From an uncultured Planctomycetota bacterium (GTDB lineage: Bacteria; Planctomycetota; Planctomycetia; Isosphaerales; Isosphaeraceae): a stretch of 64,000 nt of DNA. The stretch spans positions 800,001 to 864,000 of the forward strand of contig CAWGMQ010000007.1 in the NCBI GenBank assembly GCA_963823665.1, written 5' to 3'. The notes under the pieces are model-generated. The model was not told the DNA's origin, searched no databases, and was given only the letters and a program-made list of their open reading frames with translations. This document shows, piece by piece, positions 1 through 12,200 of this stretch (its first letter is position 1; each line of letters starts with the position of its first letter). Made by a program: the position numbers and the translations under genes.

Positions 1-2
1 CC

Positions 3-3000
3 GCCATCCCCCCCACGCCGATCACCACCAGCACTCTGCTCTCGCAGTTGGGCGGCGGCCAGGGCGTCAACTTCTCGACCACGGGCGCGCCCGACCTCAC
101 CGTGACGTTCGCCGACAACAGCTCGCTCGACATCAGCTTGAGCGCCGCCTTGACCGTGGGCGACGTCATCAACCAGATCAATAGCGCTGCGATGCTCACG
201 CCGACCACCCCCATCTCGCAACTCAACGACGGCCGGGGCGTCGCGTTACCAAGCGGGACCGACCTCACCATCAACTTCGCCGACGGCAGCTCGCTCCCGA
301 TCGCGATCACCAGTACCACCTCCCTGACACTTGGCGGACTCATCAACCAGATGAACGACGACGCCGGCGGCAAGATCACTGCGGCGCTCGCCGGCAATGC
401 CCTGGTCCTCACCGCCGCGCAGTCGTTCTCGGTGGTCGCCTCGCAGACGGCCACAGACCTGGGTATTACCGGCTCGAGCACCGTGAACGTTCCCGCCGGC
501 ACCGGGTATACCTTGAACGGCAAGAACATCCAGACCACTCTGACGGCGGCGCTCAACTCGGCTGGGAACGCCCTGGTGCTCACTTCCACGCAGCCGTTCT
601 CCGTGGTGTCTGAGGGCGGGGGCACGACCGCCGCCAACCTGGGCATAGCGGGCGCCAGTATAGGGAACACCCTGACCGGCAAGAACATCAACCCGGCGGT
701 GCTGAACGGTCAGAACCTGAACGCGCTCGTGCTCGTGCTGGACGGGCAGAACGTCAACCGGATTGCCGACCTGACCACCCCGCTGTCGGACCTGGATGGA
801 GGTGCCGGCGTCTCGTTCCAGGGCGACACGGGCAACGACCTTCAGATTCAGGGCGGCGATGGCACAACCGTGATCAACGTCGGCCTGGGCTCGGCCACCA
901 CGGTCGGCGACGTGATCAATCTGATCAACGCCGCCGCAAAGCAGGTCGCGGGAGCCAACCCGCCCAAGATCGTGGCCAGCCTGGACACGACCGGGCACCT
1001 GGTCCTGACCGACACGAGCGGCACCAAGTTTCCGTTCACCGTACAGTCGCTGAACGGCTCGAGCGCCGCTGACGACCTCGGGATCGACGAAGCCCCGATC
1101 TCGGCGAGCCTCGACCTCAATTTCAATCCGGGCGGCCTGGCGTCGCTGGCGATTACCAATAGTAACGTCTTCGTCCAGGCAAACGTGAGCGCAAGCTTCA
1201 CCCTGGGGATCCTGCTGCGTCCCTTCAGCCAGGCCACGGCGCTATCGCCCGATACGTTGCTATCCACCCTCCAGTCCGGCGAGGGCATCCAGTTCGCCCC
1301 GGGCGGAAAGCCCGACATCAATGTGACGCTGCACAATGGCACCAGCGTGGACGTGGTCTTGAGCGGCTGCACCACGATCGGCGGCGTGCTCGCCCAGTTG
1401 AACGCCGCGGCGCCGAAAAACTTCATCGCGACCATCAGCTCCGACGGCCTCGGAATCGTCCTGACCGACACGACGACCGGCCCTTCGGCCTTCACCGTCA
1501 CGGCCCTCAACTCGTCCACGGCGGGCGCCGAACTGGGGCTGCTGGGCACCGGCGACGGCACCGGGACGATCCAGCGAACCGACTCAGACAGCGTTTCCTT
1601 CGGCGACAACATCTTCGTCCAGACCAACACTCCGCTCACGGCAAAGATCACTCTCGGAGCGTCCCTGAGTGCCATTGCCTCACTCGGGTTCTTCACCGTC
1701 CAGGTGAATGGCGGCACGGCCGTGGCCAGCGCAACCGCGAGCTTCGGCCTGGGCAACCTTGAGGGCACGCCTCAATCGGGCTACTCCACCTTGAGCGACC
1801 TGACGACCGCGCTCGGGGGGAACGTCGGTCTGTCGGTCATCGGGGCCAACCCCGGCCCGGCCAATGGGAGCACCGGGATCAACTTTGGGACCAGCACCTT
1901 CGGGCTCCAGCTCGGCTCCGGGCCCGTGTACACGATCCCGATCCTGAACACGGCCGTGCCCAACCCCAAGACCCTCGCCGACTTGATCACGAACTTGAAC
2001 GCCTCGCTGAGTGCCGTCAACGATTCGAGCGGGGTGTCCCTGGGCACTCAGGTGCGGGCCCTGGCCAGCGGGACGAGCGTCGCGTTCACGACTCTGGGAG
2101 GGCTCGCCCAGACGCTGACCATCCAGAACGCCCAGGTCCTGGGGTTCAACCAGGACGGCTCCGCGACGTCGGCGTACGTGATCCGGCCATCCGTGAACCT
2201 CACCGCCGACGTGAACTTGCCGATCTCGGCTGGGAACACCTTCAGCGGCGTGAGCACCACCAGCACAAGCAAGATCGAGTTCCACACCCGCCTGGCGGCA
2301 TCCCCTTCGACCTTGACCCCAGCATCCTGGCGGCGGCCTTCACCAACGGCAACAACTACACCATCGTTCTCCCCCCCAGCTCCAGAATCTCACCGGGTTC
2401 AACTTCACAACATTCGTCAATGCGCTCAGTCTGGGCCTCAACTTCCTTACCGATACGGTGGCCGGCGCCACCAACTCCGGCAGCACGAGCCTCGCGTTCC
2501 TCAACCAAAATCTGCCGCTGGTGAACGTGAGCCTCAAGGACATTCTGGGCTACGCCACCTCCTTCAGCAACTTCCTGGCCCGGCTCGTGAACGACCCGTC
2601 CTCGAGCCTCCAGGCCCTCGCCAATCAGATCGCCGGCCTGCTGGACGACAACTCGGTGACCGGCACCACGCTGGCCCCGGCAAACGGCGTCCTCTCGAGC
2701 GCGGCCCACTTCCAGGTCGTGCTCAACGGCGGCACCGGAGTACAGGTCACCGTGCCGCCGGACCCGAGCAATACGAGCGTGGCCGGCCTGGTGAACGACA
2801 TCAATACAGCCCTCGCGACCGCCGGGTTGGGGGGCTCGGTCGTGGCGACTTCAAGCGGCGGCTACATCACCTTGACCACGACCGGCCCCAACCCGGCATC
2901 CTCGATCGTGATCCAAGGCATTGCCTCAGGCGACCCCGCGTCCACCCAGTTGGGGTTCTCCAACACGATCGGCCTGGGGATTGTCACCTCGCTGACTGCC

Positions 3001-3290
3001 GCCAGCCCGGCCGCGCTCCTGACCAGTGCGGCGAACTTCCAGCTCGTCTTGAACGGTGGGACGGCGGTCCCCGTCACCGTGCCGGTTAACCCGAACTCGA
3101 AGAACCTGGCAGGCCTGGTCGCCGACTTGAATGCAGCGCTCCTGACCGCGGGGTTAGGTAGCGCGGTCGTGGCTTCTGCCAGCGGCGCCTACATCACCTT
3201 GACGGCGGCGGGCCCGGCCCCGGCTTCCTCGATCATGGTCCAAGGCATTGGTGCCGGAGCGGCCAACCTGGGGTTCACGAACGGTCAGAC
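3..3290 (+). repeat. N-terminal repeat modules of the giant protein (two repeat types)
   Basis: Type 1 'TP.S.L..G.GV...DL.....DG....I.L...TVGDVIN.IN' at ~3, 200, 770, 1240. Type 2 'SAA.FQ.VLNGGT.V.VTVP...GLV.D.N.AL.TAGLG' at ~2690 and ~3020. Confidence 0.7.
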
Positions 3291-6200
3291 CTCAGGCGAG
3301 GCCCTGCGGCTCGACCTCGATTACGAGATCGCCAAATACAGCGGCATGTTCAACCCCGCGCTCAACATCCCGGGAAGCGATTCCTTGGCGGCGAGCGCCT
3401 CGACGACGCTCGAGCTGTCGGCCTGGGCGACCTTCCAGCTTTCCCTGGGAATCTCCTTGACCGGCAACGACAGTTTCACGCCATTCCTCTATGACTTTAA
3501 CCCGGCGACCGGGCAGGGGACCGGGCTCATTCTGGACGCGATGGCCTCGGCGAACCCGCTCGATGCCAAAGCCGACCTGGGCCCACTTTCGGTGTCCGTG
3601 ACAAACGGCTTCGCCGTGATCAATAGCGACGGCAAGAACGACTCGACGGCCCCTGCGCAGCTTGTGATCGGGCTCCAGTCTCCGGCCACCGGCACCCCGC
3701 CCTCCAACCTCCCCGGCCGCCATACCCTGACCGACCCGATACTGCCCGATCTCGGGGTCGTGCAGGCGACCGCGTTTGTCGGCGCCGACCTGCCGATCTA
3801 TTACGCGATCGGTAATGGCACGCCCAAGGAGATCTACGACCTCCGGCTCACGGCCAATCTGACCCAGCCCTTGAGCTCCCTCGAATTCACCAACGGCCTG
3901 CCGGGCGGCGGTTCGCTAGAGGACGCAATCAATAACGCGCTCAATGGCGCTTCTGTCAGTGATCTGCTGAGAGGCTTATCGGCCGGGGTCGACGCCGTCT
4001 TCGGGCCGCTGTTCAACGGCATCGATGGCCAGGTCTTGGGCAGCAACCTCCCGCTGATCGGCTCAGGGATCGCCACGGCGGCGAGCTTCCTGGGAAAGTT
4101 GGAGAGCAGCCTGGTCACCGCGCTCAACACCGCGGCGGACACGCTGGATCAGATCGAGACGCAGATCTACAACATTTTCGGCCCCGGCCCCTTTGGAGGC
4201 CCCGCGGGGCTCAACTGGCTACAGCCGATTCCGGGCAATACCAAGACCGGCCCTGCCCATTACATCGTCGACCAAGCGTCCTTGAGCGGCGGCGTCCAGT
4301 TCTACATCCACCTGAAGAACGCCAGCCAGCTCACCCTGCCGCTGGCCGCTGGCCTGGGCATCCCCGGGCTCGGGCTCAACCTTGCCGGCAATGCCAATCT
4401 GAACCTCGGCTGGGACTTTCAGCTCGGCTTCGGGCTGAATAAAACAGACGGATTCTACATCAACTCGTCGCAGTACAATGCCACGACCAACCCCTACCCG
4501 ACGAGCTTCAACATCTCGACCGACGTGACGCTCCCTGGGCTGGCGGCCACCGGGACCCTGGGCTACCTCCAGATCAAGGCAGCCGACGACGATAAGCAGC
4601 CGACCAATTTCCAGGGCGCGTTCGCGATCACTCTGACCGACCCGGGCGAAAGCGGGGTGGTCGACCAGCACTTGACGTTTTCAAAGATCGCCGCCGCGGG
4701 CTTCTCGAACGTGGTCAACGTGGGGTTCACTGCCAATGCTGCGGTCAACCTCGATCTGTCAACCAACTTCGTCGACGCGTCTGGCAATCCCGACTCGGGC
4801 TTGCCCTCGCTCAGCACGATCTTCCGGCTCGACTGGCCGTTCAGCGCCACCACAATGGCCGGGATCTCGACCTCGGTGCCATCGATCACGTTCGACCAGG
4901 TCCAGATCAACCTCGGTTCATTCCTCAACGAGTTCGCGCGGCCGATCCTCACCGACGCCCAGCAGGTTTTGGCCCCGATCCAGCCGGTGATCAACGTGCT
5001 GATGAAGCCGATCCCGGCGCTCTCTGAGCTCGCCGGCCATGACGTTACCCTGGCTACGCTGGCCAGCCAGTTCGGTAATAACAACACCGCCAACTTCATC
5101 AACGCCGTCGTCAGCCTGAACAACCTCATCAACAGCTTGCCCGCCCCCGGCAGCGATATGGGGATCATGATCGACCTGGGCTCGTTCACCGTCAGCGGCT
5201 CGGCGGCCAAGGACCCGACCCAGGCAAACAAGATGACGCCCCAGCCCCTCTCGGCGGCGGCGCTCGCGGCGATCCAGGCGAAAATGAATCAAGAGGTCTC
5301 GAGCGCGGTCCCAGGTTTCTCAAGCATTGTCAACCAAAGCGCCACGACGACGGGAGGCGGCTTCGAGTTTCCGATCCTCAAGAATCCGCTCCAAGCCTTC
5401 CAGCTTCTCCTGGGCAACGACGACGGCGCCACCCCGCTGTCGCTCTTCCAGTGGAACCTGCCGACGCTCACCCTGAACCTGAGCTACACCCAGACCTTCC
5501 GCGTCCCCTCGCTGCCGGTGCTGGCCGCCCAGCTCTCAGGCCAGGTGGGCGCGCAGTTCTCGTTCGCCTTCGGCTTCGACACCGAGAGGCTTTCCGAGTA
5601 CCGCTCCAACCCCGGGGGCGGGATCATCCAGATCCTGGACGGGTTCTACGTCGACGACCCGCCGACGGCCAACCAGATCGTCCTGACGGCCGGGGTTGCC
5701 GCCACGGCGTTGCTCGACCTCTACTGGATCTCCGGCGGGGTAACCGGCGGGCTGTACGCCACCATCAACTTCCACCTGGCTAACGACAGCGACGACCCCC
5801 ACCTCCGCTTCAGCACGATCGCGAGCGAGCTCTTTACCAACCCGCTCTCGATTTTTGACGTCAGCGGCGACCTGACGGCGAGGCTGTCTGCATTCGTCCA
5901 GATCTATTACGTCTTCAGCAGTTCCCGCTGGGATTTCAACATCGCCAGCGCCACCCTGCTGTCATTCAACACCAATCCCAACGCCGGCCTGGCGCGCGAC
6001 GTCACGAGCTTGAGCGTCTCGCCCACTCCGACCACGTATGGACAGCCCGAGACGCTGACTGCAACCGTCAGCCCGACCTCGAGCGCCTCGAACGCACCGG
6101 TGCCCCAGGGCACGGTCCAGTTCGTCGACATGACGACCCATACCACCCTGGGCACCGCGGGCGTCGGGACGAATGGAGTGGCCATGCTCCCCGTCCCGTT

Positions 6201-9200
6201 TTTGAATCCCGGCAACCACGTGATCCAGGCGAGCTATACGCCCACGAACGCGTATCGAGCCAGCCAGACGACGCTGACCCAGGTCATCACGGCCGCACCG
6301 ACGACAACGACCGTGGGCGCGACTCCGGCCGCGCCGGTGAGCGGCCAGGCCGTGAGCTTCACGGCCACCGTGTCGGCGGGGGCCGGGCCTCCCCCGACCG
6401 GTTCGGTCGACTTCATGGACACGACGACCGGCACCGACCTCGGGTCGGTCAATCTGGTCAACGGCACCGCGAGCCTGCCCCCGATATCCACTCTCGGAAT
6501 CGGCTCGCACCAGATCACCGCCACGTATTCCAGTAGTGACGTCACCCGGTTCCAGAACAGCAGCACGGCCCAGCCGCTTGCGGTGACGATTATCGCCGCC
6601 AAGACCACGACGACACTGGCCCCCGGCTCGCCCAACCCATCGGTGTACGGCCAACCCTTGGTCGTCCAGGTGCGTGCGGCCGCGCCGGGCGTCGGGGTCC
6701 CGACCGGGGTGGTTGCCTTTACGACCTCGACCGGAGCCAGCCTGGGGTCGGCCGACCTGGTGAACGGCCTGGCGACCATGCCGATCACCGCGCTGGCGGT
6801 GGGCTCTTACCAGATCACGGCCAGCTACCAGGGCGACGGCAATTTCGCCTTGAGCTCGACGGCCCAGCCCATAGCGCAGGTTGTCCAGGCCGCATCGACC
6901 AGCACGTCGGTTTCCGCATCCGCCACCACAGAGGTGACCGGCAACGCGATTACCTTCACGGCGGTTGTCATGGTGATGTCGCCGAGCCAGGCCATGCCGG
7001 CCGGCACCGTGCAGTTCATGGATAACGGCACCGCCTTGGGCACCCCGCAGCCGATCGACCAGACCGGCACCGCGACCTATACGACTGGGGCGCTCGCCGT
7101 CGGCACTCACACGATCACTGCCGTCTATACCGACATGTTCGGCAACTTCTCGACCAGCACCGGAACGCTCGGCAATCTTCAGATCATCACCCCGATCGCG
7201 ACCAGCGTCACCTTCGCGACGACCTCACCGGTGAAGTTCGGCTTTTCGACCACGCTCACCGCCACCCTCGCGTACCAGCCGCTGATCGCCACGGCGCCTG
7301 TGGGGGCGATTGACTTCTTCGACACGACGACCAACACCGATCTCGGCTCGGCCGTGCCGGTCAATGGGGTGGCCACGCTGAACTACACAGTGGCTCTGGA
7401 GCCCGGTCCCCACGCGATCGTGGCCATGTTCGCCGGCGATTCAAGGTACCTGCCGAGCGGAAGCGCCGCCACGACCCTGAACGTCCGCAGCCTGACCGAG
7501 GTCACCTGGACCCAGGACATTTCGACCGACCCGAGCGAGGTCAGTCTGAGAGAGGCGATCACTTATGCGGACAGCAATCCCGGCCAAACGATCACCTTCC
7601 TGCCGTCGCTGGCGGGCCAGGCCATCACCCTGACGATGGGTCCTTTGCCCGATCTGACCCAGAATGTCGTCATTGATGGCCTGGGCGCTTCTCTACTCAC
7701 GGTTAACGAGGGGGGGTCGGGATCGGGTTTCTTCGTCGATGCCGGAGTGACCGCGGCCATCAGCGCGCTGACCATCACGGGCGGTAACACCTTGATGGGT
7801 GGCGGCATCTATAACGCCGGGACGCTCACCGTCACCGACTGCGCGATCACGAGCAATATGGCGAACTGGGGCGCGGGGATCGCCAACTTCGGAACCCTGG
7901 ACGTCGAGCACAGCACGTTCTCTGGCAACACGGCCTACGGATACAACGGCACGGATGGTCAGTCCGCCGGCGGTGGTGGCGGCGGCGGGGCGGCACTGGG
8001 CGGCGGCCTGTTCAACAGCGGCACGGCGACGCTGGTTGACAGCACGATTTCCGGCAACACCGCGCGAGGGGGAAACGGCGGGAATTCCGCATACCCCTAC
8101 GGAATATTCAACGGCGGCGGCGGCCCTGGCGGGACCGCCGGTAGCGGCTCCACGGCGTTTAACGGCGCGGCGGGCAGCTTTGGTGGTGGTGGCGCGGGGG
8201 GCGGAGCCTCATCTTTGACGGGGGCACCCGGCGGCGCCGGCGGGTTCGGCGCCGGCGGCGGCGGGGGTGGTGGCAGGACCTCCGGCAACTCCGGTGGCAG
8301 CGGCGGGGCCGGTGGTTACGACGGCGGCGCCGGCGGAAACGCCATCTTCTCGGGTGGCGGCGGTGGCGGCGGCGGGGCCGGGATCGGCGCCGGCGTGTTC
8401 AACAACGGCGGCACGATCACCATCACCGCCAGCACCATCGCCTACAACTCGTCCTTGGCGGGCGCCGCGGGGAACCACCGCGCGGCCGCCGGAGAAGGCC
8501 AGGCCGGCGGTGTCTTCTCTCTGGGCGGGACCGTACGGCTCGACAGCACCATCATTGCCAGCAACAGCGCGTCTACCCTCGATCCCGATGTCGCGGGCAC
8601 ATTCTCAAGCGCGGGCTACAACCTCGTCGGCAACACCGCCGGCGGCAGCGGGTTTGTGTCGACCGACCTCCTGAACATGAATCCGATGCTGGGGCCGTTG
8701 CAGTCAAACGGCGGACAGACCCAGACGATCGCACTGCTCGCCGGGAGTCCGGCACTGGGCGCAGGCGACGACTCCGACGGCGTCCTCTCCGACCAGCGCG
8801 GCGCCCAGCGCGGCTCGGCGGGCGTCAGTGCCGGCACAAACTCCGACATCGGCGCGTACCAGGCCAGCTCGTCGTACCTCGTCACGACCACCGATGACAC
8901 GATGGACGACGGCAGCCTCCGGGCGGCGATCGCCTGGGCCAACACGAGCACGAACTTCGTTCGGACTTTCGACATCGACAACTTCATCCGGTTCGATACC
9001 GGCGGCGCCTTCGCCACTCCTCAGACAATCGATCTCACAACGATCGGCGACACGACGGTCGGGCCGACGGCCCTCGCGATCACCGGGTACGTCGAGATCG
9101 ACGGTCCGGTGCTCTCTGGCGGCGGCGTGACGCTCTCGCCGGCCGCCTCTGGCCCGGACATGCGGCTGTTCTACGTGGCGCCCGGCGGCGACCTGACGCT

Positions 9201-12200
9201 AAGCGACCTGACGCTTGAGGGGGGCGTGGCGGAGGGGTTTGCCGGCGGGACCGGTAGTGGCGCCGGCGGCGCTGGTGGCGGCGGGGGCGGCGCCGCCGGG
9301 ATGGGTGGAGCAATCTTCAACCGCGGCATCGTCAGCATTCTCGACAGCACCTTGACCGGCAACCTGGCCCAGGGCGGCGCCGGCGGAAACGGCTCGAACG
9401 GCTCTCTCGGCGGTGGTGGCGGCGGGTTGGATGGGCCCAGCGGAGCCGGCAATGTCGGCGGCCCAGGCGGCGGAGGGAATGGTGGATTCTCCCCCACGGC
9501 CGGCGCGTTCGGCGGCGGTGGCGGTGGCGGCGGGTCCAGCGGCACGACCGGCGCGAGCGGCGGGTTCGGCGGTGGTGGTGGTGACTTCGGCATCCGACTC
9601 GCGAACGGCGGCACGGGCGGCTATGGCGCGGGCTACGGCGGCACCGGCCACGAAACCCTGGGTGCCGGCGGCGGCGGTGGTGCCGGCCTGGGCGGCGCTC
9701 TCTTCAACGATGGCGGCAACGTCTTGATCATCAACAGCACCTTGGCCGGAAACACCGCCGCCGGAGGAGCCGGCGGGACGTCTCCGAGCACCGGCTTGGG
9801 CCCCGGCGCACCCGGCGGCAACGGCCGTGGCGTGGGCGGCGCCGTCTTCGATCGCGGCGGACAGATCATCGTCATTAACTCCACGCTTGCCGGCAACACG
9901 GCGAGCTCCGCGGCGCGCTCTTCATCCTCGGCGACGGTACCTCGGGCAACGGCACGGCCACGCTGCAATTGACCAACACGATCCTCGCGGGAACTCAGGG
10001 GTCGCGAAGCGACTTCGAGTCCGGAACAACCAGCGGCGGCTCGATCGTCTTCAGCGGAAGCAATGATCTGATCCAAACGAACAGCTCCCCAGACGGCTTC
10101 CCGCCGTCTTCGACCATCATCACCGGCCAGGATCCGATGCTCGGGCCGCTGGCCTATAACGGCGGGGCGACGGACACCATGGCGCTGCTCCCAGGCAGCC
10201 CGGCCCTGGACGCGGCCTCAAACATTGCCGCGCCGGCGGCCGACCAGCGCGGCGCCCAGCGCGGGCCGGCCGCTCAGGGCGCCGGTCCGAATGCCGATAT
10301 CGGGGCATTCGAAGACACGTCCTCCTACCTGGTGACGAGCACTGACGACAGCATGAGCGACGGCACGCTCCGCGCCGCCGTGGCCTGGGCCAACGAAAGC
10401 GTGAACCCGCTGCTATCTGTCGCGACAGCCAACGTCGTACGGTTCGACACCTCGGGCGCCTTCGCCGCGGGCGGAGTCATCGATTTGTCGACCGTCGGCG
10501 ACACGACGGTTGGTCCGACGGCGCTTCTGATCACAGGTGACGTCGAGATCGATGGGCCGGTGCCCTCCAGTGGCGGCCTCACGCTTTCGCCGGCCGCTTC
10601 TGCGCCCTTGATGCGGCTGTTCTACGTCGCGCCCGACGCGATCCTTACCCTCCAGGATCTGACGCTTGAGGGGGGCGTGGCGCAGGGCTTTGTGGGCGCG
10701 GCCGGCGAGGGCGCCGGCGGCGGCGCGGCCGGGCTGGGCGGGGCCGTGTTCAACCGCGGGACCCTGACGCTCGCTGACAGCACGCTCACGGGCAATCAGG
10801 CGATTGGCGGCAGCGGCGGGGCTGGTGGCGGCGGTGGAGTCGGCGGTGGTGGTGGCGGCCTGGACGGGGCCGGCGGCACGCCCGCCGCGGGTGCCGGCGG
10901 TGGCGGGGCCGGCGGCAACGAAGTCGCGGGCAATGCCGGTGGCTTCGGCGGCGGCGGCGGCGGCGGTGGCTTTAATGGCAGTTTCGGCTTGTACGGCGGC
11001 GCTGGCGGCTTAGGCGGCGGCGGCGGGGGCGCGGGCGGTTATGCCCCGACGGGCTTCCCAGGTGGCTCCGCAGGCTATGGCGCAGGCGCAGGCGGCAACG
11101 GGGGGACAGCACTCGGTGGCGGTGGTGGTGGTGGGGCAGGCTTGGGCGGCGCCGTCTTCAACGACGGCGGCTCGGTCATCATCACCGACAGCACGCTCGC
11201 CGCCAATTTGGCGATCGGCGGGGCCGGCGGGGCGGCCACGGGCTCCGGCCAGGGGGGCACGGCCGGTACTGGTCTTGGAGGCGCCGTCTTCAATCGCGGC
11301 GGATCCATCACCCTCGTCAACGCAACCCTCGCCGACAACACCGCCAATGCCGGCGGCGCCCTCTTCGTCCTCGGTGACGGCGCATCTGGCGACGGCACGG
11401 CCACGCTGCAATTGACCAATACGATCCTCGCCGGGACTGCGGCGTCGGCAACCGACTTCCAGTCCGCGACGTCCAGCGGCGGCTCAGTCATCGCCACCGG
11501 AAGTAACGACCTGATCCAGAACAATCCGTCGACGGGGGGATTCTCGGGCCCGGCCACGATCACCGGAGTCGCCCCGGGTCTCGGCGTCCTGGGCAACTAC
11601 GGCGGCCCGACCCCGACTCTCCCCTTGCTTCTCGGCAGCCCCGGGTTCGCCGCCGGGCTGGTCAACCCAGCCGGACAATCGACCGATCAGCGCGGCCTGG
11701 CCGGGCTCCTCGACCGCGGCAGCGGGGTGCCCAGCGTCGACATCGGTGCGTTCGAGATCCAGAATTACGTCGTCACGACCACCCTCGACGACCCGTCGGC
11801 GCCCTCCGGCTCGACCACTCTTCGCGACGCGGTGAATGAGGCGACTGCAGGCGGCAGCGGCTTCGTCACATTCGCACCGGGAGTCACCGGGACGTTCTCC
11901 CTCTCGGTCGTGGGCGACACCACAGTCGGCCCCACCGCCTTGCTGGTCACCGGCAGCATCGAGATCGACGGCCCCTCCGGCGAGGCCCAAGGGGTGACGA
12001 TCGCCCGGGCGGCGTCGGTCAGCGACCTGCGGTTGTTTTACGTGGCGCCCGGCGCGAGCCTGACGCTCAAGGACCTGACGCTCAGCGGTGGCGTGGCGCA
12101 GGGCTTCGCCGGCGGCGGCGGCGATGGCGGCGGCGGCGGCGCGGCCGGACTGGGCGGCGCCATATTCAACCGTGGGAACTTGACGCTGGAGAATAGCACG

